Part shown: one piece after another, positions 26,000 to 38,020 of the stretch
Layout of the letters: each line of letters begins with the position of its first letter
Position numbering within the stretch: the stretch's first letter is position 1
NCBI RefSeq assembly: GCF_030684315.1
Contig: NC_081363.1
Span: 86,904,184-86,968,183 of the forward strand
Direction: 5' to 3'
Source of the DNA: Stegostoma tigrinum
Lineage: Eukaryota
DNA length: 64,000 nucleotides
Translations under genes and position numbers: made by a program
The notes under the pieces: model-generated
What the model was told of the DNA's origin: nothing
Seen by the model: only the letters and a program-made list of their open reading frames with translations
Databases searched by the model: none

Positions 26000-27235
26000 A
26001 AGAAATAGGAGCAGGACTAAGCTATTCAGTCTGTGTTTGTTCAGCCATTCAAAATAAATCACAACTCATATGGTTATGTGTTTAACTCCACTTTGCTTCC
26101 TGTCCCCATGACCACTGACTTCTTTGTCAGTTAGTTGTGCCTTGAATGTGTATTCAATGACCCAAGTCTCCACTGCTTTTTGACAAACAACATTCCAAAG
26201 GGTATCAACCTCCTGAGAAGAAATTCTTCCTCATTTCCATCTTTAATGGATTGTCCCTTGTTTTATTCTATGCCCCTGGTTCTAGATTTCCTTGAGAGGA
26301 AATATCCTCTCCATCTCTACGCTGTCAAACATTTCAAAATTCTGTTTTCCACTAAGATCAGCATTCTTACTTTAAACCCCAACAATTATACCCCAATTAA
26401 ACCCCAACAATTTAGGCAGTCCTGCTCAAATATTTGGGGCAAACCCCAAATCAACCCAGTGATCCTTCTCCGACTACTTCCAATGGAAGTATTTCTCTCC
26501 TTTTTATCCATGTTATGAATATAGATCATAAATAGTTGAAATTCTAACACTGACCCCCATGGCATACTGTCATACAGTGGCCAATCCTTGATCCTTGCTG
26601 ATACATCACCTCCCAACAGTTTCAGCTCTTTTGCAATAACCTTTTAAGTGGCAACTTCTGGGATGCTTTATTGATAGCCAATTACTCTACATCTACTAGT
26701 TCCCTGTTATCCACCCTGTTACATTCTCAAAGAGCTCAAGTAAATTTGACAAGAACTCTTGGTCCTTTCACAAAACCATGTTGACCCTATTGATTGATTT
26801 TATGATTGTTAACATTATGGTACCACTTCCTGGATGTTGACATTTTCCTAATGACAGATGTCAGACTTAACTGAATTTTCTTCTTTGTTTTTTTATGTCC
26901 ATTTCCATTTGATCAAAAGTGTTACTTTTGCAGCTTTCCAATCCACTGGGGCATTTCTAGAATGTAGGAAATTTTTAAAGATTGCAATTAATGGATAGGT
27001 TATCCCTGAAACCACTTCCTTTGAGACTCCAAAAGCAGAAGTTTGATGTGAGAGACTTATCATTTGTCAGTTTTCCTAGTTGTTGCGATTGTTTTAAGTT
27101 GCTGTTTCGGTTTTGAATGCTGGTTTTCTACAATTCTTAAGATGCTTTTTGCACCACTTACTGTGAAAATAATATACTTGTTCAAAATCTCTGCCATTTC
27201 CCTGTTTACCATTATCCATTTCTCAGTCTTAGACT
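26000..27235 (-). mobile_element. Old CR1 ORF2 with internal deletions
   Basis: 3' UTR gtaagaaataggagcagg; remnants of QHGFVKG and PWGSVL. Confidence 0.7.
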
Positions 27236-27641
27236 CTAAAGTAGCACTTTTACAATAAGCTCGTTTTGTGAGGAGGGATTGGGTATTTATCCAGCTGCAA
27301 GAAACAGTTTAACATTTGCTTAAAATGCCTTAACAAAGGTGAACAAATCATCAGGGTTCGCAGTCAATATGACCCGTGCTGCCGATTCTGCAAACTATGC
27401 TGGTGATGATTCCTTCCCTTTCCAGCCTTCTGATTTCTGCTACTTTTGTACGCAAGGCAAATGGCACTGGGCATACCCTGCAGAATCACGGAATTGCTCC
27501 TGGTAAGGTGGCCTTGGCTCATTTTGATAGCCTGTAAACCACCTCAAAGCTTCTAGGTATTTAATTAGGACTTCTTGAAGATAATAAAATGTGAGGCTGG
27601 ATGAACACAGCAGGCCAAGCAGCATCTCAGGAGCACAAAAG

Positions 27642-27673
27642 CTGACGTTTCGGGCCTAGACCCTTCATCAGAG
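27642..27673 (-). ncRNA. Minimal hammerhead ribozyme motif (mirror copy in the left arm)
   Basis: Exact reverse complement of 28717-28748. Confidence 0.7.
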
Positions 27674-28716
27674 AGGGGGATGGGGGGAGGGAACTGGAAT
27701 AAATAGGGAGAGAGGGGGAGGCGGACCGAAGATGGAGAGTAAAGAAGATAGGTGGGGAGGTAGGGAGGGGATAGGTCAGTCCAGGGAAGACGGACAGGTC
27801 AAGGAGGTGGGATGAGGTTAGTAGGTAGCTTGGGGTGGGAGGAAGGGATGGGTGAGAGGAAGAGCCGGTTAGGGAGGCAGAGACAGGTTGGACTGGTTTT
27901 GGGATGCAGTGGGTGGGGGGGAAGAGCTGTGCTGGTTGTTTGGTGCAGTGGGGGGAGGGGATGAACTGGGCTGGTTTAGGGATGCAGTAGGGGAAGGGGA
28001 GATTTTGAAACTGGTGAAGTCCACATTGATACCATATGGCTGCAGGGTTCCCAGGCGGAATATGAGTTGCTGTTCCTGCAACCTTCGGGTGGCATCATTG
28101 TGGCAGTGCAGGAGGCCCATGATGGACATGTCATCAAGAGAATGGGAGGGGGAGTGGAAATGGTTTGCGACTGGGAGGTGCAGTTGTTTGTTGCGAACTG
28201 AGCAGAGGTGTTCTGCAAAGCGGTCCCCAAGCCTCCGCTTGGTTTCCCCACTGCACTGCCACAATGATGCCACCCGAAGGTTGCAGGAACAGCAACTCAT
28301 ATTCCGCCTGGGAACCCTGCAGCCATATGGTATCAATGTGGACTTCACCAGTTTCAAAATCTCCCCTTCCCCTACTGCATCCCTAAACCAGCCCAGTTCA
28401 TCCCCTCCCCCCACTGCACCAAACAACCAGCACAGCTCTTCCCCCCCCACCCACTGCATCCCAAAACCAGTCCAACCTGTCTCTGCCTCCCTAACCGGCT
28501 CTTCCTCTCACCCATCCCTTCCTCCCACCCCAAGCCGCACCCCCAGCTACCTACTAACCTCATCCCACCTCCTTGACCTGTCCGTCTTCCCTGGACTGAC
28601 CTATCCCCTCCCTACCTCCCCACCTACACCCTCTCCACCTATCTTCTTTACTCTCCATCTTCGGTCCGCCTCCCCCTCTCTCCCTATTTATTCCAGTTCC
28701 CTCCCCCCATCCCCCT

Positions 28717-28748
28717 CTCTGATGAAGGGTCTAGGCCCGAAACGTCAG
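28717..28748 (+). ncRNA. Minimal type-I hammerhead ribozyme motif (Penelope-type)
   Basis: CUGAUGA-A-GGG(UCUAGG)CCC-GAAA-CGUC^AG: complete core, palindromic ACGU stem III, GUC triplet. Stem I is only about 2 bp. Confidence 0.7.
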
Positions 28749-29336
28749 CTTTTGTGCTCCTGAGATGCTGCTTGGCCTGCTGTGTTCATCCAGCCTCACA
28801 TTTTATTATCTTGGAGTCTCCAGCATCTGCAGTTCCCATTATCTCTCTCTCCTTGAAGATAGCTGTTTTATGAATTTTTCTTAACCAATTTTGCTCCGTT
28901 GAGCTTGGACCGGAGCGTTTAACTACAGTTGGTGGTAACTGCATCAACTGCTTCTCATAGCACACAGGAACTGTGGTTGTAGCCTTAATTTGTAATGGTT
29001 CCCTGGTATATGTTCTTGGTCTTGCTGAGAACTTGTGCAAATTTAAGGGTTGGAGTCCAGAGCAAATCTTGTTAAAGGGCTGGTTCTGCAATCGCTGATC
29101 AATTAGCTGTGCTGGTATTAACCTCCATTAGAACTGGGTGACCATTTAACCAGACTTTTATTTTGGTTTGGATTTGGATATTGCTAAGCAATTTAAGTGT
29201 TCCAAATCTCATGTAGGTGGACTTTCCGGGATGTGCGCACTCCTGGATTCCTGGCATTGAGCTTCCTTGTTCAAGTCAGGCCTCATAGGACTCCTTTTGA
29301 GTCCATACTGGCCATACAGTGGTGGTACTACAGTAC

Positions 29337-30244
29337 AGATAGGTGGACAGGCAGGTAATACTGAGGAGGTGGGGAAGCTGCAGAAAGATTTAGACAGTTT
29401 AGGAGAGTGGTCCAGGAAATGGCTGATGAAATTCAATGTGAGTAAATGTGAGGTTTTGCACTTTGGAAAAAAGAATACAGGCATGGACTATTTTCTAAAC
29501 GGTGAGAAAATTCGCAAATCAGAAGTGCAAAGGGATCTGAAAGTGTTGGTCCAGGATTCTCTAAAGGTTAACTTGCAGGTAGAGTCCATAATTAAGAAAG
29601 TGCATGTAATGTTGTAGTTTATCTCGAGGGTTGGAATATAAAAGCAGTGATGTGCTTCTGAGGCTTTATAAAGCTCTAATCAGGCCCCATTTAGAATACT
29701 GTGTCCAATTTTGGGCCCCACACCTCAGGAAGGACATACTAGCCCTGGAGCGTGTCCAGCGGAGATTCACACGGATGATCCCTGGAATGGTAGCTTTAAC
29801 ATATGATGAACGGCTAAGGATCCTGGGATCGTACTTGTTAGAGTTCAGAAGGTTGAGGGGAGATCTAATAGAAACTTACAAGATAATGTATGGTTTAGAA
29901 GGGGTGGACACTAGGAAGTTGTTTCCATTAGGCGGAGAGACTAGGACCCGTGGGCACAGCCTTAAAATTAGAGGGGGTAAATTTAAAACTGAAATGAGAC
30001 AACATTTCTTCAGCCAGAGTGGTGGGCTTGTGGGGTTCATTGCCGCAGAGTGCAGTGGAGGCCGGGACGTTGGATGCCTTCAAGGTAGAGATCGACAAAT
30101 TCTTGATCTCAAAAGGAATCATGGGCTACGGGGAGAGTGCAGGGAAGTGGTGCTGAAATGCCCATCAGCCATGATTTAAATGGCAGAGTGGACTTGATGG
30201 GCCGAATGGCCTGCCTTCTACTCCTATGTCTTATGGTCTTATGG
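29337..30244 (+). mobile_element. Young CR1 3' end
   Basis: ORFs 29267..29617 and 29631..30179 (LQKDLD.L.EW..KWLMKFN; RPHLEYCVQFWAP); terminal tcttatgg repeats. Confidence 0.93.
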
Positions 30245-30357
30245 CTTTTTGGCCCACAGTCTGAACATTTTAGCCATTTTGGCCAAGGCTTAGCTTTGTT
30301 TTAGGGTTTTGCTGTGGGCTGATTGAGGGTCTCTGTATATGTCCTGGATATGTCCTG

Positions 30358-30512
30358 ATGTAGAGGTGCCAGTGTTGGACTGGGGTGAACAAAGCCAGAA
30401 GTCTCACATCACCAGTTTATTTGAAACCACCTGATGAAGGAGCACCGCTCTGAAAGCTTGTGATTTCAAACTAACCTGTTGGACTATAATCTGGTGGTGT
30501 ATGACTTCTGAA
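30358..30512. mobile_element. Inverted Penelope 3' end (family 3) with HHR
   Basis: TSD ggatatgtc(c/t)tg at 30346-30357 and 30515-30526. A - piece (cagaagtctcacatcaccag) faces a + piece (ctggtggtgtatgacttctg). Confidence 0.72.
30428..30462 (+). ncRNA. Minimal hammerhead ribozyme motif (family 3)
   Basis: cac-CUGAUGA-A-GGAGC(ACC)GCUCU-GAAA-GCUU-gug: stem II GGAGC/GCUCU, palindromic AGCU stem III, 3-bp stem I. Confidence 0.6.
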
Positions 30513-30954
30513 CAGGATATGTCTTGCATGAGATTGTGTGCTTGTCTACGCTCAAGTGGTGTTCCCCAAACTCAGTTGAACAGGAGTGCGTCTACTATCA
30601 TTGGGTTACCCTGCAGCTTACGTGCTGCATTTTATAATGGCAAACCAACTGTAGTGTCTGTTTGATGTCCAGTTGGGCTTCAGCCATGTAGGTGCTTTGT
30701 ATGGTTATTCATTCAGGGTTAACCCAAAATTATATGCGTCTTAACCTCGTTAAAAATCCCGACATAGGTTCTCCTGGTTCATGAACTGGCGAGTAAAACC
30801 AATGGTATCTTAGAATTAGAGGATGCTTGGAGTTATAATATTTCTTAACTAAATCCATCAGCTCTTGAAAGGTTTTAGTATCTGGACCCTCAGGGAAAGT
30901 TAGGCTCTGAATAACTGAAAATGCTGCAAGTCTGCAAGCAGTCAGAAGAATTAC

Positions 30955-31123
30955 TTAGAATGTAGAACATTACAGCACAGAACAGGCCCTTCGGCCCTCG
31001 ATGTTGTGCCGACCAGTCATACTGATCTTAAGCCCATCTAACCTACACTATTCCATGTACGCCCATATGCTTGTCCAATGATGACTTAAATGTACCTAAA
31101 GTTGGCGAATCTACTACCATTGC
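30955..31123 (-). mobile_element. CR1 3' UTR fragment
   Basis: Nearly identical to 8081-8243. Confidence 0.85.
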
Positions 31124-31276
31124 TTCTCATTTGCCGGGGAAAAATTCTTCGCACGTGCTGGGCCCAGGATCGAATGAGTCAAACTTCCCAAATGATGCTA
31201 GAAATGCTTACCCAACTCAAAGCCAACTGTTGCGAGTGAACTCCCTTCAGGAGTGTACTGTTCTCTTAGGTTCCAC

Positions 31277-31508
31277 TGAAATAACTTCACAGAGGCCTGT
31301 ATCCTGTCATCAAGTCATCCTTTATTTATATGGCCAGTTATTGGAATCTTACCTCCTGGTTCAGAGCCAGCCCCTAGAAAGAGGAGAGACCCTGAGACTC
31401 CTGTTTATATTTGTCAGCCAGGATTTTCTGCTTGACCCAAGTTAATAGCCCCAACTGGGGAACTCCTGTATATTGAGGTACATGGCCAACTTCGTTCCAG
31501 TCACTGCA
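31277..31508 (-). mobile_element. Solo LTR (copy 1)
   Basis: TG...CA termini; on the - strand a TATA-like atataaa then AATAAA; homologous to 58414-58634. Confidence 0.65.
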
Positions 31509-32229
31509 CTGATGATCAATGTTGAACTTTCTATTGATATTTCTCATGACTGTACTGATATCACTCTTGATTAATGAGCTACTCCGCTCTATCTTAATTT
31601 CTTATCCTTCTTAAATGTTAAAACCTTGCATGTTCAGCTACTATAGAGGTCACTTTACAAATATGTCTTTACAACAGCCAACCTGTTATAATGATTTATT
31701 TTTAATGTACTATCAATTCAGTCATCTGTAAATTCTGAATGCATTTATTTAAAAGGCTTAATCTTTTTAACAATTAAGTCTGTAAATATTATGATTGGAG
31801 TCATTTGTAACTATTCAGATTTCATTTTCATCTTCATTCATTTCAAAGTGTTCTAATTCTGTCTTTTTTTTAATCGTGTATATCCTTAGCTATCATCCAG
31901 AAGGCGCCAGAAATATTAGTTTTGTAGAAAAGTATTGAAGATGTGATAAGTTTTCACTGTGGCATGTTTTGCATTACCTGATCCGGTCCTTTCTAATAGT
32001 AACTGACTCTTACTTAATTCTGATTTTTTTTTTTGTTCTGATCTACTTTTACTGCACTATTTGTGAATGTGCTGCTTGTTGGAATAGCAGCTCATTCCAC
32101 ACTTAATGTATTGGTCTTTGCTTATCCTGCTGTTCAAATATGTACTTTTTCTGCATAATGGTAATGTGCCATGTCGGCTATTTGCAGCAATACGTGTGAA
32201 GAATTAGCCAAATTAATAACAATGCAGTT

Positions 32230-32582
32230 GAATTTCTATTTCCCCTGCTTCTATCCTAAGTTAAGTCCTGTTAAACTGTCATCCCTGTGTTCATTGGCTC
32301 TGTGAAACAATGCTTTAATTTTCAAATTCTGATCAATGTTTTCAAATGGCTGTCCTCCGTTGCTGCAATTTTTTCCAACCTTACAACCCATTCAGGTATG
32401 TGTCTTGGTCTGTTCTGACATCTTCGGCATCCCCAGTTGTAATTGTTCCATCATTTGTGGCTGGACCTTCAGTTGCCAAAGCCCTTAACAATAAAATTCC
32501 ATCCCTATAACTCTCATTCTACCTTTCTTTTCTCCAGAGGAACTCCTTAAAATTTGTTTCTTTGAGCAAGCTTTGGTCTCCA
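32230..32582 (+). mobile_element. Old L2-like 3' fragment (related pieces at ~23340-23550 and ~60230-60610)
   Basis: Shared decayed motifs (tttcaaattct..., ccatcatt.gtgg...ttcagttgcc..., ctccttaaaa...tttgagcaagctttggtc). Confidence 0.5.
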
Positions 32583-33003
32583 CAGTTACAAGAATAAGAT
32601 CAATTTCTGTCTGCTGAAGAAATTTGAAACGGTTGCTGGCTAATGATATTACAAGTAGTTGACCAGAGTAAACCACAACAAGTATTTAAAAAGATTGAAA
32701 TTTGTGGAGCAAATAAGCTCTGCTTTGTATTGGAACATTCCATAAGAGATTTCTGTCCATGCCTGATTTGTAAAACTGTAATTGCAGCAGTTGGACTGGG
32801 CTTACTGCTTAACAACTCTCTCTGGGAAGTAAACAATTTACATTTGTATAGATTAATTCATTAAATCGTAATTCACATAGATTAATTTACACAATATTTA
32901 TTGACTTACAAAGATGTTTTTCCTTCTTGTTGCAAGATTAGTGGATGAGCTGTGCTTCAGAATTTGAAGAATGTACGTTTGTTTCAATCATGTCACTTAG
33001 TAA

Positions 33004-33150
<147 letters not shown>

Positions 33151-33706
33151 TAATGCATGCAGAATATCAGCAACCACATAATGAAGCACAGATGGTTTTA
33201 CGTTTTTAATTCCTCTTCTTCCCCTTCTCCCCCCACCACCGTTATTGTGGTATTACTAAAATCAGTACCAACTTCCTCTTTTGATTTTATCTATTTTAAA
33301 ACACAGATGAACTGTAGCATTTATTACTTGGTGTAAATGCAAATAGAATGCCAAAATCCTGGATGCAGGTATTTCCTGTTCCTTCTGGAAGCAGAATGCC
33401 CTTTCCCATTTTATGAGCCAACAAATCACTATCTGCTGCCTATAGATTGATTTTTAGCAGCGGCTGGAAGAGCTATGGCTAGAAATTCATTTTAACCTGC
33501 AAGAACAACATCCATAAAATTCCATTTATTCTCATATAAGGGCCGTGTGTACAAGTGAACTCCAAGGTTTTTGGCCTAAAATGTGATTTTCAATGCACCT
33601 CATGTAAAGGTTGACCCTGTTTTATGCAGAGATTAAAGCCCAAACATTTCAGAACCTAAGTATAATCCTGGAAATGATGATTTGGTTTCATTGTACATTT
33701 GGTACA

Positions 33707-34172
33707 TTGTACAATAGCCTACTGTGGGGAACCTTATTGAATGCCTTGTTGAAATCCATATACACCACATCAACTGGTTTACTCTCATCTACCTGTTTGA
33801 TCACCTTCTCAAAGAACTCAATAAGGTTTGTGAGGCACGACCTACCCTTCACAAAACCGTGCTGACTATCCCTAATCAATTTATTCTTTTCTAGATGATT
33901 ATAAATCCTATCTCTTATAACCTTTTCCAACACTTTACCAACAACTGAAGTAAGGCTCATTTGATATCCTCCAGTCATCTGGCACTATTCCTGTAGACAA
34001 TGACGAGTTAAAGATCAATGCCAAAGGCTCGGCAATCTCCTCCTTGACTTCCCAGAGGATCCGAGGATAAATCCCATCCGGACCAGGGGACTTATCTATC
34101 TTCACCCTCTGAAGGATTTCTAATACCTCTTCCTTGTGAACCTCAATCCCACCTAGTCTAGGACCCTGTATC
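33707..34172 (-). mobile_element. CR1 internal RT fragment
   Basis: ORF 33688..33978 SLTSVVGKVLEK...QHGFVKGRSCLTNLIEFF...DFNKAFNKVPH. Confidence 0.9.
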
Positions 34173-34674
34173 TTAATAGCTCAGGAGTTGGCTATTTCGA
34201 AGGTTCTAACAAAAGACTGCTTTTGACTTGCTGCAGAATATGCATGGTGAAGGTACTGAAAAAAGTGGAGGAGGAAATGGTTGGTTCAAGATGATGAATA
34301 AAGTATTGATCGAATAAACCATTTTGTTGTGAACAGTGTCAACCTTCTTGAATGCTGTTGGAGCTGCACTCATTCATCAAACCTATGACTTGTGCTTTGC
34401 AGATGATGAACAGGCTTTAAAAATTGGGAAGTGAATTATTTGCTGCAGAGTTTTTAGCCTCTGACCCACTGTCGTAGCTGCACCCTTTTTCAGGCTAGTC
34501 CAGTTCAGTTTCTTGTCAGTGGCACCCCACAGGGTGGTGTTTAGGAAATTCTGCATCACTAATATAGTTTGAATGTCTTGGGCAAATGGTTGGATTTTCA
34601 CTTGTTGGAGATGGCCATTGCCTGATGCTTCTGTACTGTGCTGTGACTGTTCCTTGCCTGTATCAGTTATTTCA

Positions 34675-35225
34675 GAATTATAAGAGCAGGGGGGTAGTTT
34701 GAAGCTGTACAGAACTTTGGTTAGGCCATGGCTGGAGTGCTGTGTGCAGTTCTGACCTCCACATTACAGGAAGGATGTGATTACATTGGAGGGAGTACAA
34801 AAGAGATTCACCAAGATGTTGCATGGGAGGGGCTGTTTTCTTTGCAACAAATATGATTGAGGGGGGACCCTGATAGAAGTTTAAGATTGAGGGGCGTTGA
34901 TAGGGGGAATAGAAAGCAGCTGTTACTCATAATTGAAGGGTCAGTTAATAAGGGCCATTAATTTAAAGTGAAAGACAGCAGGTTTGGAGGAAATGTGATT
35001 TAAAAACTTGCACTTAGAAGTTAGTGCGAATCTGGAATGCTCAGCTAGAGAAGGCAGTTGAGGCAGTAAACCTTGGAAACTTTAAGGAGTACTTGGATGA
35101 GCACTTGAAGTTTAATAATATTCCAGGTTTTGGGCCTATTGCAGGAAAGTGGGACTAATGTAGGTATGTTTTTGGCAGTGTAGAGTTTAAGGCCAAAGGC
35201 CCTCTTCTGAACTACTTGATTTGAT
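34675..35225 (+). mobile_element. CR1 3' end
   Basis: LYRTLVRP.LECCVQF..PHYRKDV..LEGVQKRFTKML. Confidence 0.82.
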
Positions 35226-35274
35226 ACAGTTTTTAACCCAAGTCTGAATGTTACCTTGCTGAATTTAGGTATGC

Positions 35275-35625
35275 GGGGGTGAGGTGTTGGCTTAGTAGTA
35301 TTAATGCTGGATGTTAAGCCATAGACCCAGATAATGTCCCGGGGCCCAGGTTTGAATTTCCCCATCTACCATGGTGGGACTTGAATTTTTTAAAAATCTG
35401 GAATTCTAATGTTGATCATGATTCTATCATCAATTGTCAGAAAAACCCATTTGGTTCACTAATGCCCTTTAGGGAAGGAAACTTCCATCCTTACTTGGTA
35501 TGGCCTACATGTGACTGCAGACCCACAGCAATGTGGTTGATTTTTAACTGTCCTCTGTGCAGTTAGGTATAGGCAATAAATGCTGGCCTAACCAGTGATG
35601 CCCTCATCCTACGTATTTTAAAAAA
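35275..35625 (+). mobile_element. tRNA-derived SINE with L2-like tail (tail-only copies at 1-84 and ~18140-18198; partial at ~61985-62170)
   Basis: A/B boxes (tggcttagtagt; ggtttgaattt), tail ggcaataaatgctggcctaaccagtgatgccctcatcc followed by an A-rich end. Confidence 0.75.
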
Positions 35626-35929
35626 AACACTCAAGTATCTGAATTACATGTGTACTGAATACTGTAATTGCCAGCAAACATCCCATTTCAGACCTAACAA
35701 AGGAATCATAGCCATTGACGATACGACTGAAACTGATTGAGCTTAAGACATTACTTTTGAAGATTCCTGCATGTGATGTCCAGAGGCTGACCTGTTTGAT
35801 CTCCAATGACCATGACCAGTTTCATTGTTCTAAATGATACTCAAACTAGTGGAGATTTTTCACCCCAATTCCCATTTACTCAAATTGTATTAGAACTTCC
35901 ATATGCCACACTGTCAAGTGCTGCCTTGA

Positions 35930-37450
35930 TGTTAGGAAGGAGGTTGTGCTAGAAATTTTGAAAAACATGAGGATAGATAACTCCCCTGGGCTACACGGGA
36001 TATATTGAAGGTTTCTACAGGAAGCAAGGAAAAAGACTGTTGCCCCTTTGGCAATGATCTTTGCATCCTCACTGTCCACTGGAGTAGTACCAGATGATTG
36101 GAGGGTGGAAATCCCTTGTTCAAGAAAAGGGATAGGGATAATCCTGGGAATTACAGATCGGTCAGTTTTACTTCTGTGGTGGGCAAATTATTAGAGAGGA
36201 TTCTGAGAGATAGTATTTACAATTATTTGGAAAGGCATAGTTTGATTAGAAATAGTCAAGGCTTTGAGAGGGTCAGGTCATGCCCCACAATCCTATTGAA
36301 GTCTTTGAGGATGTGACAAAACACATTGAAGGCAGAGCAGTGGATGTAGTGTGAATGGATTTTAACAAAGCATTTGATAAGGTTCCACATGGTAGGCTCA
36401 TTCAGAAAGTAAGGAGGCATGGGATTCAGGGAAATTTTAGCTACTTGGATACAAAACTGGCTGTCCAACAGAAGACAGAGGGTGGTAGTAGATGGAAAGT
36501 ATTCAGCCTGGAGCTTGGTGACCAGTGGTGTTCTGCAGGGATCTATTCTGGGACCTTGTGATCTTTATGAATGACTTAATTGAGGAAATGGGGTTTGGGT
36601 GGGTTTGTAAGTTTGTCAATGACATGAAGGTTGTTGGAGTTGTGGGCAGCGTGGAGGGCTGTTGTAGTTTGCATTGACGTTGACTTTGACAGGATGCAGA
36701 GCCAGGCAAAGAAGTGGCAGGTGGAACTCAACCCAGAAAAGTGTGAAGTGTTTCATTTTGGAAGGTTGAATTTGATTGCTGAATACAGGGTAAATAGCAG
36801 GATCTCAGCAGTGTGGAGGAACAGAGGGATCTTGGGGCCCACGTCCATTCATCCCTCAAAGTTGCTACCCAAGTTGACAGGGTTGTAAAGAAGGCGTATG
36901 GTTGTTTTTCATTGGCAGAGAAATTGAGTTTAAGAGCTGTGAGGCTATGCTGCAGCTCTAGAAAACTCTGGTTAGACGACACTTGGAATATTGTGTTCAG
37001 TTCTGGTCACATCGTTATAGGAAAGATGTGGAAGCTTTAGAGAGGGTGCAGAGGACATTTACATGGATGCTGCCTGGACTAGAGGCCAAGTCCATTGAGA
37101 AAAGGCTGAGGGAGCTAAGGCTTTTTTCATTGGAGTGAAGAAGAATGAGAGGTGACTTGATATAGAAGTGTACAAGATGACGAGCGGCGTAGATAGAGTA
37201 GATAGCCAGAGACTTTTTCCCAGGGCAGAAATGACCATTACGAGGGGGCATAACTTTAAGGTGATTGGAGGAAGATGCTGCTGGCAATGGTAGTGGAGTC
37301 AGATACTTTAGAGACTTCTAAGCGACTCTTGAATAGGCACATGGAGGATAGTTAAATGTAAAGTAAATGTAGAGTATGCAGAGCAGTTTGATCTTAGTGG
37401 GATAATAGGTCAGCACAACAATGTGGGCTGTACTGTTGTATGTTCTATGT
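35930..37450 (+). mobile_element. CR1 ORF2 3' half + 3' UTR
   Basis: ORFs PLFKK.DRDNPGNYRSVS, DFNKAFDKVPHGRL, EEQRDLGAHVH; frameshifted. Confidence 0.9.
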
Positions 37451-37674
37451 CAAATGTTTCACCTCTCTTCCGAAATTAAACTTTTCTGCCCATGTTTGGG
37501 TTCTGGAACCATGGTCTTAGCAGAATGCCATCTGACTATTGAAAAATAGGTTATTTCTGAGTATGTACTTCACGCCATTACTTTTCTGATGAGGGAAGAT
37601 TGAGGCAGTAATTGGCTGAACTGGATTGTCCTGCTTTTTGTGCATAGGACATAATTTTAAAAAAACGTAACCCC

Positions 37675-38020
37675 ATAAGATATGGGAGCACAATTAAGCC
37701 ATTCAGCTCAACAGGTTTGCTCTGTCAATTAGTCATGGCTAACATGTTTCTTAACCCCATTCTCCTGCCTTCTTCCCGTAATCTTTAATCCCTTTACTAA
37801 TCAAGAACCTATCAATCTGTCTTAAATACACTGAAGACAGTGGACACCGAGTCAATGAGTTCCACTACCCTTTGACTGAAATATTTGTCCTCATCTCCGT
37901 TCTTAAAGGGTCATCCCATCACTCTGAGGCTGTACCCTCAGGCCGTAGAATCTCCTACTAGTGGAAACATCATCTCATCCACTCTACCCAGTCCTCTTGA
38001 AGTTCTATAAACTTCCCTCA
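37675..38020 (-). mobile_element. CR1 3' end
   Basis: cataagatatgggagcacaattaagccattcagc 3' UTR; MFPLVGDS remnant. Confidence 0.75.

Larger units (their letters stand above)
27578..28846. mobile_element. Penelope-like retroelement 3' end inserted as a long palindrome (GIY-YIG C-terminus + 3' UTR on both strands)
   Basis: The - strand reads GETKRRLGDRFAEH...PVANHF...EQQLIFRLGTLQPYGINVDF, a GIY-YIG endonuclease tail. Arms 27578-28111 and 28251-28812 are reverse complements. Flanking direct repeat cttgaagata at 27574-27583 and 28852-28861. Confidence 0.9.

Noticed and set aside
27869-28763. 196-aa and 291-aa overlapping ORFs as novel genes
   Set aside because: They are products of the palindrome: antisense read-through fused to a truncated Penelope GIY-YIG tail, with no RT and no plausible start.
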